A stretch of DNA of 64,000 bases, taken from positions 136,436-200,435 of the forward strand of contig CAWEYU010000005.1 in assembly GCA_963813405.1 (NCBI GenBank), given 5' to 3'. Made by a program: the position numbers and the translations under genes. Shown piece by piece: positions 41,216-50,284 of the stretch (position 1 is its first letter; every line of letters begins with the position of its first letter). The DNA comes from an uncultured Bacteroidales bacterium. Lineage in GTDB: Bacteria > Bacteroidota > Bacteroidia > Bacteroidales > VadinHA17. The notes under the pieces are model-generated. The model saw nothing but the letters and a program-made list of their open reading frames with translations, made no database searches and had not been told where the DNA came from.

Positions 41216-43080
41216 TTTATGCCAGCCTGTTCTATTGCAGCAGGTGCACTTATTATGTCATGAAATGCCTTAATATCGAATTTTGGTTTACGGTCATAAA
41301 AATAAACCCCGTTCACCTCACCTTCAACATCTGTCAGCTGACAATATGTGAATCCTGAAATATTTGGATTATTAAGCAAAGCATCAGTAAGGTTTTTGAC
41401 GATGACAAGCACTTCTGTTGCTGTTTTGCCGTACCCTATGGCAAATCTGCCCATCAGGTTGGTAGTTCCCTCAGGCGGCTTTAAAGCGGGATAATTTGGA
41501 AGCCAGCCAGTCCCTCCATATTCATCGACCACATATGGCTGACCTGCATAAGGTACTGCCAGTTTGGGATTTACAACATACGACTTTTCAGGACTTTTAG
41601 GATCTACGGTTGAATACCTTTCTTTGAACAAAACAGCATCCTGGGTATAATCGTGAACTGTGAAAATATCTGTAATGACATTGACATAACCACTGGTAGT
41701 ATTTACCGGACGGGTAGGATCAAGTGCATGGGTAAGATCGTAGAAGTTCTTTACAGTGTTACGGTAAAACTCTAAATTGTTTGAGGCTGCACCACTGGTT
41801 TCATTGAAAGGTGTCCATGCTATAATTGAAGGGTGATTTCGATCACGTACTATAGCTTCGCGCCATTCATTTGACTGATTAAGAAGGCCTTCGGGATCCC
41901 TGAAATTATGCGGCCCTCCCCAATCAGAAAATTCTCCCCAGGTGAGGTATCCAAGCTTGTCGGCCCAATAGTGGAACCTGGCTTCAAAGACTTTCTGATG
42001 AAGCCTTGCACTGTTGAATCCTGCTGCCATTGACAACTGGATATCATTTTTCAGGGCGGCATCACTGGGTGCAGTCCAGATCCCGTCAGGATAAAAACCC
42101 TGATCAAGAACCATTCTCAGAAAGATCGGTTTGTTGTTCAGGAAAAATTTATTGCCCTCTATGTGGAACTTCCTCAGGCCTGCATAACTTTTTACATTGT
42201 CAGTCCCTCCTGAACCACTCCTCAATATAAGTTCAAAACTATACAGATAAGGATCCCCGGGAGACCAGGCATGAGGATTGGGGATCTTTATTGCAAGCGG
42301 ATATCCGTTACTGGCTGGTGCTGTAATTGATGCGACTTTTTTCCCGTCAGACGTGGTAATTTTAACATCAAACATATCACCGCCAGCAATTCCGTTAAAT
42401 TCAGGGGTAACTGAAAATTCACCCCTGTCAAGATCAGGTATAATGAAAACCCGCTCAATATATTTTTGAGGTTTTGCCTCCAGCCAGACTGTCTGCCATA
42501 TCCCGGTAGTACGAGTATAACTGACACCGCCCCATCTTGGAGGCTGTCGCGTCGACTGTTTACCAAGAGGCTGTTTTTCGCTGAGGGTGTTATCATAAGC
42601 ATAGACTATAATTTCATTTTCACCTGTCTGAACCAATCTGGTAATTTCAAAACCGAATGATCCGGTTCCACCGACATGACGACCCGCCAGCTTGTTATTG
42701 ATCCAGACTCTAGTATCAAAATCCACAGCTCCGAAATTGACAAAAATGCGCTGGCCCTGCCAGTCATCGGGAATGGAGAATTTGCGTTTATACCATACAC
42801 CCTGTACAAAATCAGTAAATTCAATACCTGACAACTTACTTTCCGTTGCAAAAGGTACAGTAATCTTCTTATCAAAAGTCGCCGGAATTGTTTTCCAGTT
42901 CTCCTCAGGATTTTCAACTTTGATCTGCATTGTAAAATCCCAGGTGCCATTAAGGTTTATCCACATACTGCGCTCAAACTGAGGTTGAGGATGTTCAGGG
43001 CGGGGAATATTCTGAGACTCTAAATTAAGATTCAGCAGGGGAAACAAAAAGGAAAAGAGGAAAATGTGTTTTAATTTCAT
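41212..43080 (-). CDS. Glycoside hydrolase family 2 (beta-galactosidase/beta-glucuronidase-like)
   Basis: 622 aa with a signal peptide and GH2 sugar-binding-domain start (PEHPQPQFERSMWINLNGTWDF). Also has WYRKF-type motif GVWYKRKF and the acid/base region NHPSIIAWTPFNE. Confidence 0.85.
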   Translation of the reverse strand: MKLKHIFLFSFLFPLLNLNLESQNIPRPEHPQPQFERSMWINLNGTWDFTMQIKVENPEENWKTIPATFDKKITVPFATESKLSGIEFTDFVQGVWYKRKFSIPDDWQGQRIFVNFGAVDFDTRVWINNKLAGRHVGGTGSFGFEITRLVQTGENEIIVYAYDNTLSEKQPLGKQSTRQPPRWGGVSYTRTTGIWQTVWLEAKPQKYIERVFIIPDLDRGEFSVTPEFNGIAGGDMFDVKITTSDGKKVASITAPASNGYPLAIKIPNPHAWSPGDPYLYSFELILRSGSGGTDNVKSYAGLRKFHIEGNKFFLNNKPIFLRMVLDQGFYPDGIWTAPSDAALKNDIQLSMAAGFNSARLHQKVFEARFHYWADKLGYLTWGEFSDWGGPHNFRDPEGLLNQSNEWREAIVRDRNHPSIIAWTPFNETSGAASNNLEFYRNTVKNFYDLTHALDPTRPVNTTSGYVNVITDIFTVHDYTQDAVLFKERYSTVDPKSPEKSYVVNPKLAVPYAGQPYVVDEYGGTGWLPNYPALKPPEGTTNLMGRFAIGYGKTATEVLVIVKNLTDALLNNPNISGFTYCQLTDVEGEVNGVYFYDRKPKFDIKAFHDIISAPAAIEQAGIN

Positions 43081-43390
43081 AATACTGTCTTTTATGGTGA
43101 GCGGTATCCAGGATAATCAGGTCCGGAAGAATTAACCTGTTTATCATCTCAAATCTATCAATAGATTTTGTTAAATTTTTTTAAACACTCTTTTTTTTTC
43201 AATAATCTACTGTTAAAATAGGGGAGATTACTCATTTTAATAGTTACCCGGACAAGAATGATTATTTATGTTCTTAAATATCATTAAAAAATTAGATTAA
43301 CTGAAAAAAGGTTGTTAAATTGGAATACCTTTGAGATGAGTGCGAAGGTTCAAATAAAAATTTGATGGAAGAATATTTGAAAATTTTTGA

Positions 43391-43646
43391 TTAATTAACT
43401 TAAGTTGCTAGTTTTAAAATTTATTATAATTTGGACTATGACCTCTCTTCCCTTAAATATTCTTAACCCATCCCCAACCCTTCCCTTAAGCATAAGGGAA
43501 GGGAGATTTAATTAATAATCATTGGTTTACACCCCCTTCCCTTAACCTTAAGGGAAGGGGGATGGGGGGATGGGTTCAGAGGATATCTAAGGAGAATGCA
43601 ATTTATTTAAACTAAAATATTAATTAGCAACTTGAGTTGATTAATC
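43391..43646 (+). mobile_element. R3: ~256-bp MITE-like palindromic element, copy 1
   Basis: Terminal inverted repeats are TTAATTAACTTAAGTTGCTA (43391..43410) and TAGCAACTTGAGTTGATTAA (43625..43644), matching 18/20. Two internal GC hairpins are CCCTTCCCTTAagcaTAAGGGAAGGG and CCCCCTTCCCTTAAccTTAAGGGAAGGGGG. It has no coding capacity. It is about 95 percent identical by eye to the reverse complement of 53017..53273. Confidence 0.6.
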
Positions 43647-43708
43647 TAATTAAGTGTAAAAAACACACAAAAAAATAACAGCTTAAATAATATTAACAGA
43701 TCAACCAA

Positions 43709-45580
43709 ATGAAAATGCAAAATTATATGTATAAATTTTTAATATTTGTTTCGACCCTGACGATATTCCCGGTTACAGTTTCTGCACAGAACCCGAACTG
43801 GAAAATTGCAGGGGACAAAATTTTGTCTCCCTGGGCTGAAAAGGTGAATCCTGCAGCTCCATTACCTGAATATCCTCGTCCACAGCTTGTAAGAAGTGAA
43901 TGGAAAAACCTGAATGGTCTGTGGGATTATTCGGTGACATCGGTCACTACAACAAAGCCTCTTTCTTATAAAGGGAAAATTCTGGTTCCATTTGCCATTG
44001 AATCAGCCCTTTCGGGAGTAAAGCAAAATGTGGGGAAAGACAGCATTTTGTGGTACAGGACAACTTTTATGCTTCCTTCATCAATGCGGGGGAAAAATGT
44101 ATTGCTGCATTTTGGAGCTGTGGACTGGGAATCGGATATTTATATTAATGGTATAAAAGCAGGTAATCATCAGGGAGGATATGACCCCTTCACGTTTAAT
44201 ATTACACCATATATTAATAAAGGCAATAAGCAGATTCTTGAAATACGTGTCTGGGATCCATGCGACAAGGGACCTCAGCCGCGAGGCAAACAGGTAAGCA
44301 GACCTGGAAGTATCTGGTATACATCGGTAACAGGTATATGGCAGACAGTCTGGCTTGAAGCTGTACCGGAAACATATATTTCATCGACAAAACAAACCCC
44401 AGACATTGATAAACAGATAGTTACAGTCAGCGCTGATATATCAAAACCTCAGGCCGGGGATTTGATTAAAATTTCTGTCTGGGATGGGACCTCAATGATT
44501 TCTGAAAAAGAAATCCCGGCTACAGGAAGTGCCGTACTTCAAATACCAGGTCCAAGATTATGGTCTCCTGAGAATCCGTTTTTATATGATCTTAAAATTT
44601 CAGTCATCCGGAAAGGAAAAGTGGTTGATGAGGTTAAGAGCTATTTTGCCATGCGCAAGATCTCTATGAAGCCAGACAGTAATGGTGTTTTAAGAATGTT
44701 GCTTAATAACAATTTCGTATTTCAGTACGGTCCCCTTGACCAGGGATGGTGGCCTGATGGATTATATACTGCTCCGACAGATGAAGCTTTGGAATTTGAC
44801 ATAATCAAAACCAAAGAGATGGGTTTTAATATGATCAGGAAGCATGTTAAGGTAGAGCCCGCCAGATGGTACTATCATTGCGATAAGAACGGAGTACTGG
44901 TATGGCAGGATATGCCGAGCGGTGATATGGGCGGGCATAGATGGAATGACCGCCCCGGGATGGAAGGGGGATCAGATAAGAACAGGTCTGAAGCATCTGA
45001 AAAAATCTACAGAACAGAATGGAATGCTATCATTGACAATCTTTATAATTTCCCATGTATTATTGTATGGGTACCATTTAATGAAGCATGGGGTCAGTTT
45101 AAGACTGTGGAAATAACGAACTGGACAATGCAGAAAGATCCGTCAAGACTTGTCAACAGTGCCAGTGGAGGTAACTTTCATGAAGTAGGGCATATACTTG
45201 ATTTACATAACTATCCGGGACCAGTGATGGCTAAACCGGAAATATTCGGATCGAAGCAGGCTCTTGTGCTCGGTGAATATGGCGGCCTGGGCCTCCCGCT
45301 TGAAGGACATACCTGGCTGAACAAAGATAACTGGGGATACAGGACTTTTGCTAACGCAGACACTCTGTTCAGTACCTTTAAATCCTACCAGAGACAAATG
45401 ATCCCCTTCATCTCGAGAGGTCTTTCAGCTGCGATATATACTCAGACTACCGATGTCGAAGTGGAGACAAATGGTCTTATGTCATACGACAGAAAAGTTA
45501 TGAAAATCCCGGCCGATAAATTAAATGCAGAAAGCCGGAAACTATATGATGCTGCAAAAGATGTTGTTATAAAAAAATAA
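43709..45580 (+). CDS. Glycoside hydrolase family 2
   Basis: 623 aa with a signal peptide. PEYPRPQLVRSEWKNLNGLWDY is a paralogous pattern to the GH2 at 41212..43080. The acid/base region is FPCIIVWVPFNEAWG. Confidence 0.85.
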   Translation: MKMQNYMYKFLIFVSTLTIFPVTVSAQNPNWKIAGDKILSPWAEKVNPAAPLPEYPRPQLVRSEWKNLNGLWDYSVTSVTTTKPLSYKGKILVPFAIESALSGVKQNVGKDSILWYRTTFMLPSSMRGKNVLLHFGAVDWESDIYINGIKAGNHQGGYDPFTFNITPYINKGNKQILEIRVWDPCDKGPQPRGKQVSRPGSIWYTSVTGIWQTVWLEAVPETYISSTKQTPDIDKQIVTVSADISKPQAGDLIKISVWDGTSMISEKEIPATGSAVLQIPGPRLWSPENPFLYDLKISVIRKGKVVDEVKSYFAMRKISMKPDSNGVLRMLLNNNFVFQYGPLDQGWWPDGLYTAPTDEALEFDIIKTKEMGFNMIRKHVKVEPARWYYHCDKNGVLVWQDMPSGDMGGHRWNDRPGMEGGSDKNRSEASEKIYRTEWNAIIDNLYNFPCIIVWVPFNEAWGQFKTVEITNWTMQKDPSRLVNSASGGNFHEVGHILDLHNYPGPVMAKPEIFGSKQALVLGEYGGLGLPLEGHTWLNKDNWGYRTFANADTLFSTFKSYQRQMIPFISRGLSAAIYTQTTDVEVETNGLMSYDRKVMKIPADKLNAESRKLYDAAKDVVIKK

Positions 45581-45637
45581 AATACAGGCAATTTTATAAA
45601 ATGTAATTATGCGACTAACCTTAAAACCATTATTATT

Positions 45638-47254
45638 ATGAAAAGAATTTATTTAATCCTGATTATCTGTACTGTGAGTCTTAACAGTTTTGGACAATCA
45701 GTTACCTCAATGGTAGTTGACGGCTCAGCGTCCAGGTATACAATCAACAGACATATTTACGGTCATTTTTCGGAGCACCTGGGAAGATGCATCTATGATG
45801 GTTACTGGGTGAGCCCTGGAATGAATGTGCCAAAACAGGACAGGATCCGTCTTGATGTTGTAGATGCACTGAAAAACATCAATATTCCTAACCTCAGATG
45901 GCCAGGTGGTTGCTTTGCCGATGAGTACCACTGGAGAGATGGTATTGGTCCCAGGGAACAGCGGCCAACTATGATCAATACGAACTGGGGTAATGTTACG
46001 GAAGACAACAGTTTCGGTACTCATGAGTTTCTTCTGCTTTGCGAACTTCTTAAAACTGAACCGGTTATTGTCGGTAATGTCGGGAGCGGAACAGTACAGG
46101 AGATGTCGAACTGGGTTGAATATTTAAATTATGATGGAGTAAGTCCTCTTACTAACCTGAGAAAGGCAAACGGCCATGAAAAACCTTTTGGTGTTAAATT
46201 CTGGGGTGTAGGGAATGAGGCCTGGGGATGCGGAGGAAGTATGACTCCTGAATATTATGTAACCCAGTACAGGCAATACTCTCAATTTGCCAAAAGTTAT
46301 CCCGGGGCTCAACTTATGAAAATTGCCTCAGGAGCAAGTGGAACTAACTACCAGTGGACAGATGTGCTGATGAAAGGTATTGCTGGTGGTGGCGGAAGAG
46401 GCGGAATGTGGGGAATGGATATCCATTATTATACTCGTCCTCCCAGAGGCAATTTTGGCGGAGGCCAGGGACAACGTCCTGCAAATCAGCCGGGAACACA
46501 GGGTCAGCAGGTTCAGAGCCAGGGTTCAGCTACCAACTTTTCTGAAGCTACCTATTTTGCAACTATGCGGAACGCTCTTCGAATCGATGATATAATCAAG
46601 GGTCATGATTCCGTAATGACCAAATACGACGCACAAAAAAGAATTGCCCTGGTTGTAGGTGAATGGGGTATCTGGACTGATCCGGAACCCGGAACCAATC
46701 CAAGATTCCTATATCAGCAGAATAGTATGCGCGATGCTCTTATAGCAGGTTCCACATTAAATATATTCAATAACCATTGCGACAGGGTAAAAATGGCACA
46801 ACTGGCACAAACTGTCAATGTACTGCAGGCACTTATTCTGACTCAGGGTGAAAAGATGCTTCTGACACCAACTTATCATGTTTTTGATATGTATAAAGTA
46901 CATATGGATGCAACAATGATCCCATTGAAATTTACCAGTCCTGATTATGTGCTGGGTGAACAGAAACTTCCTGCATTAAATGCTTCAGCTTCAAAAGATT
47001 CTACAGGAGTGATCCATATAACACTTGTTAACATTGATCCGAATAAAACCATTACCGTAAATACCTCATTTAAGGAGTCTAAATGGACTTCAGTTTCAGG
47101 AAAAGTATTAACTTCACCTAAGATTACAGATATAAATACATTTGAGAACCCGGGCAATATTAAGGTTGTGAAGTTCGACGGGGCTAAAAGGCAAGGTGAA
47201 AATCTTAATGTAATGCTGCCGGCTAAATCGGTCGTACTGTTGGAACTTAAATGA
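45638..47254 (+). CDS. GH51 alpha-L-arabinofuranosidase
   Basis: 538 aa with RWPGGCFADEYHWRDGIGPREQRP, the FWGVGNEAWGCGG acid/base motif and the LVVGEWGIW nucleophile motif. It carries Gly/Gln-rich inserts around residues 250 to 300. Confidence 0.9.
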   Translation: MKRIYLILIICTVSLNSFGQSVTSMVVDGSASRYTINRHIYGHFSEHLGRCIYDGYWVSPGMNVPKQDRIRLDVVDALKNINIPNLRWPGGCFADEYHWRDGIGPREQRPTMINTNWGNVTEDNSFGTHEFLLLCELLKTEPVIVGNVGSGTVQEMSNWVEYLNYDGVSPLTNLRKANGHEKPFGVKFWGVGNEAWGCGGSMTPEYYVTQYRQYSQFAKSYPGAQLMKIASGASGTNYQWTDVLMKGIAGGGGRGGMWGMDIHYYTRPPRGNFGGGQGQRPANQPGTQGQQVQSQGSATNFSEATYFATMRNALRIDDIIKGHDSVMTKYDAQKRIALVVGEWGIWTDPEPGTNPRFLYQQNSMRDALIAGSTLNIFNNHCDRVKMAQLAQTVNVLQALILTQGEKMLLTPTYHVFDMYKVHMDATMIPLKFTSPDYVLGEQKLPALNASASKDSTGVIHITLVNIDPNKTITVNTSFKESKWTSVSGKVLTSPKITDINTFENPGNIKVVKFDGAKRQGENLNVMLPAKSVVLLELK

Positions 47255-47281
47255 TGTATTAATTTTAATACAACCCAACAT

Positions 47282-49270
47282 ATGAAAACGAGAAACTGTT
47301 TCAAGATCGGCTCCTGGTTTCTTGCAGTAGTATTCCTTTGTTGTTTTTCAATTCAGGCACTGCTGGCCCAGGAAATCATTGTTCAGGCCAATAAGTCAAT
47401 AGCGGATGTTAAACCAACAATGTGGGGTGTCTTTTTTGAGGACATTAACTTTGCAGCAGATGGCGGAATATATGCTGAACTGATTAAAAACCGGTCATTT
47501 GAATTCTCATTGTCCATGATGGGCTGGAGACCTGTAAGACTCGACGGGAATGGGAGAACATTGCCCACATTTTATTCTCCATCCAATCCATTAAACTCAC
47601 ATTTTCTGGAGGTAGTTGTTGATGCCCCTTCCGGATCCTTTGGAATTGTGAATGAAGGATTCCGCGGGATAGGTATTAAAAAGGATGAAACCTACAACTT
47701 TTCTGTCAGCGCAAAGGTTGGGGCAAATTCAACTCTGAATATGAAACTTGAACTCTTAAGTTCAACGGGAAGTGTAATAGGAAATGCAGAGATTACAGGT
47801 TTAACTAATGTCTGGAAAAAATATACTGCCACCATCAAAGCAACTGAGACTGATCCTAAAGGCCTCTTTCGGATACTTTGGAGCGGTAAAGGGACTATAG
47901 ATATAGATATGGTTTCTCTCTTCCCGTCAACTACATGGAAAAACCGGCCAGGTGGTCTGAGAAGTGACCTGGTCCAGCTGATAGCTGATCTTAAACCCGG
48001 GTTTGTCCGTTTTCCTGGTGGTTGTATCGTGGAAGGCAGGGATCTGACCAACAGGTACCAATGGAAAACGACTGTCGGCCCCATAGAGGAAAGAAAACTC
48101 ATTATGAACAGATGGAATGTTGAGATTCAAAACCGGCAGGCACCTGATTATTTTCAGACTTTTGGACTTGGATTCTTTGAATATTTCCAGCTGGCAGAAG
48201 ATCTGGGGGCAGAACCTCTTCCAATTCTTAACTGTGGTATGTCGTGTCAGTTCAATGCCGGTGAGGTAGTTCCACTCGCTGACCTTTACCCGTATATTCA
48301 GGATGCACTTGATCTTATTGAATTTGCAAACGGGGGAATTGCATCCAAATGGGGAAAACTGAGATCAACTTTGGGACATGCAAAGCCCTTTAACCTTAAG
48401 TATATTGGTGTTGGAAATGAACAATGGGATGTTCAGTACATTGAGCGGTACAAAGAGTTTGAAAAAGTCATTAAATCAAAGTACCCTGATATCAAAATTG
48501 TATCCGGTTCCGGTCCTTCTGCCGGTGGACAATTATTTGATTATGCCTGGAGTGAGCTAAAAAAGCTTAGTCCCGCACTTATTGATGAGCATTATTATAT
48601 GCCACCAGACTGGTTCCTGAAAAATGCCGGACGATATGATAATTATGATAGAAAAGGAATTAAAGTTTTTGCAGGTGAATATGCCGCTCATGGACAGGAG
48701 GCTGAAGAATCAGAATCCAGAAATTCATGGTACAGCGCTCTTGCTGAAGCTGCTTTTATGACAGGACTGGAAAGAAATGCTGATGTTGTAAATATGGCTT
48801 CGTACGCTCCCTTACTTGCTCATGTGGAAGCCTGGCAATGGCGTCCCGACCTGATCTGGTTCGATAATCTTAAGGCAATCGGCACACCAAATTATTATGT
48901 GCAGAAGATATTCTCGAACTACAAGGGGACACAGGTTATTTCTGCCCTCACCAAAGGGAAACCACTTATTGGTCAGGATAGCCTCTATGCGAGTGCCACC
49001 TTTGACAAGGGAGCGGGGAAGGCATACGTTAAACTTGTAAATGTCTCAAGATCACCAAAATATTCAATTATAACTCTGGAAGGACCTTCATTCGGCACCG
49101 ATGGTGTATGGATTACCCTGAAATCAGATGGGTTATATGACTTTAATTCAATGTCTGAGCCGCAGAAAATCTTTCCTACCGGTAAATCAGTAGCGATTAC
49201 TAACAAAAAAATTGAATTGTACATGAGTCCTATTTCAGTTAACGTACTCATCCTTAGTGTAAAAAAATAA
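47282..49270 (+). CDS. GH51 alpha-L-arabinofuranosidase with N-terminal CBM4_9-like domain
   Basis: 662 aa with MWGVFFEDINFAADGGIYAELIKNRSFEF, VRFPGGCIVEG, YIGVGNEQW and VFAGEYAAH motifs. Confidence 0.88.
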   Translation: MKTRNCFKIGSWFLAVVFLCCFSIQALLAQEIIVQANKSIADVKPTMWGVFFEDINFAADGGIYAELIKNRSFEFSLSMMGWRPVRLDGNGRTLPTFYSPSNPLNSHFLEVVVDAPSGSFGIVNEGFRGIGIKKDETYNFSVSAKVGANSTLNMKLELLSSTGSVIGNAEITGLTNVWKKYTATIKATETDPKGLFRILWSGKGTIDIDMVSLFPSTTWKNRPGGLRSDLVQLIADLKPGFVRFPGGCIVEGRDLTNRYQWKTTVGPIEERKLIMNRWNVEIQNRQAPDYFQTFGLGFFEYFQLAEDLGAEPLPILNCGMSCQFNAGEVVPLADLYPYIQDALDLIEFANGGIASKWGKLRSTLGHAKPFNLKYIGVGNEQWDVQYIERYKEFEKVIKSKYPDIKIVSGSGPSAGGQLFDYAWSELKKLSPALIDEHYYMPPDWFLKNAGRYDNYDRKGIKVFAGEYAAHGQEAEESESRNSWYSALAEAAFMTGLERNADVVNMASYAPLLAHVEAWQWRPDLIWFDNLKAIGTPNYYVQKIFSNYKGTQVISALTKGKPLIGQDSLYASATFDKGAGKAYVKLVNVSRSPKYSIITLEGPSFGTDGVWITLKSDGLYDFNSMSEPQKIFPTGKSVAITNKKIELYMSPISVNVLILSVKK

Positions 49271-49289
49271 ATACTAATCATTTCAGGTT

Positions 49290-50270
49290 ATGAAAAGGGC
49301 TTTTTTATTAGTCATAATTGTTTTTTCTGTTGCCCTTGCTGTAAGAGCACAAAGTCAGAATATATCAGTTCACGATCCTGTGATGATCAGACAGGACGGA
49401 ACCTATTATGTTTTCTGCACGGGTAATGGAATATCAATGTTTTCATCCCCTGATATGGTTAACTGGAAGCAGGAAAAGCCTGTTTTTGCTGCTGCTCCCG
49501 AATGGGTAATTAAAGAACTGCCACGTTTCAGGAATTCGATGTGGGCTCCTGATATCTCATTCTATAAGGGTAGCTATTATCTTTTTTATTCTGTTTCGGC
49601 CTTCGGAAGGAACACTTCATGCATTGGTCTGGCGATGAACAAAACCCTTCATACTGACAGTCCGGATTATAAATGGATCGATATGGGATGTGTCATTCAG
49701 TCAATTCCGGGAAGAGATAACTGGAATGCTATAGACCCGAATCTTATCGTTGATGATTCCGGAATTCCGTGGCTTGATTTTGGTTCTTTCTGGGGTGGAA
49801 TAAAACTTGTGAAACTTAAGGATGACCTTACAGGGATATTTACCACTCCGCAGGAATGGTATACGGTTGCCAGCAGACTGCGCGAGCCGTTTACTGACGA
49901 CAGAAATGCCGGATCTGCACAGATTGAAGCACCATTCATTTTCAAAAGGGAGAATTTCTACTATCTTTTTGTCTCGTGGGACAAATGCTGCAGTGGAATA
50001 AAAAGTACCTACAAAGTGGCCGTAGGCAGATCGGTAAAGGTTACGGGGCCTTATTTTTCGAAGGACAGTGTTGACATGGCTAAAGGTGGCGGTACCATTG
50101 TTGTTCAGGGGGATGCCAATTATCCGGGTGTAGGTCATGAGGCTGTTGTCTCTTTTGACGGAACGGATTTCCTGGTCTATCATGGTTATGATGCAAAGGA
50201 TAATGGCAGATCCAAGCTGATAATCAAAAAGCTTCGCTGGGAGTCAGGATGGCCTTCAATAATTGAATAA
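49290..50270 (+). CDS. GH43 endo-1,5-alpha-L-arabinanase
   Basis: 326 aa with a signal peptide. Five-bladed propeller motifs are VHDPVMIRQDGTYYVFCTG, MWAPDISFYKGSYYLFYSVSAFG and IEAPFIF. Confidence 0.85.
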   Translation: MKRAFLLVIIVFSVALAVRAQSQNISVHDPVMIRQDGTYYVFCTGNGISMFSSPDMVNWKQEKPVFAAAPEWVIKELPRFRNSMWAPDISFYKGSYYLFYSVSAFGRNTSCIGLAMNKTLHTDSPDYKWIDMGCVIQSIPGRDNWNAIDPNLIVDDSGIPWLDFGSFWGGIKLVKLKDDLTGIFTTPQEWYTVASRLREPFTDDRNAGSAQIEAPFIFKRENFYYLFVSWDKCCSGIKSTYKVAVGRSVKVTGPYFSKDSVDMAKGGGTIVVQGDANYPGVGHEAVVSFDGTDFLVYHGYDAKDNGRSKLIIKKLRWESGWPSIIE

Positions 50271-50284
50271 CTCTTTTATACTCC

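Noticed and set aside
49701-50183. Long antisense ORFs inside confident genes (this one, plus 3755..4213, 33406..33867, 39782..40189, 47692..48102, 54847..55263 and 55107..55568).
   Set aside because: Each lies opposite a gene with strong family motifs. Their translations are compositionally odd (Ser/Arg/Cys/Ile-rich) without motifs, which is typical of shadow ORFs.
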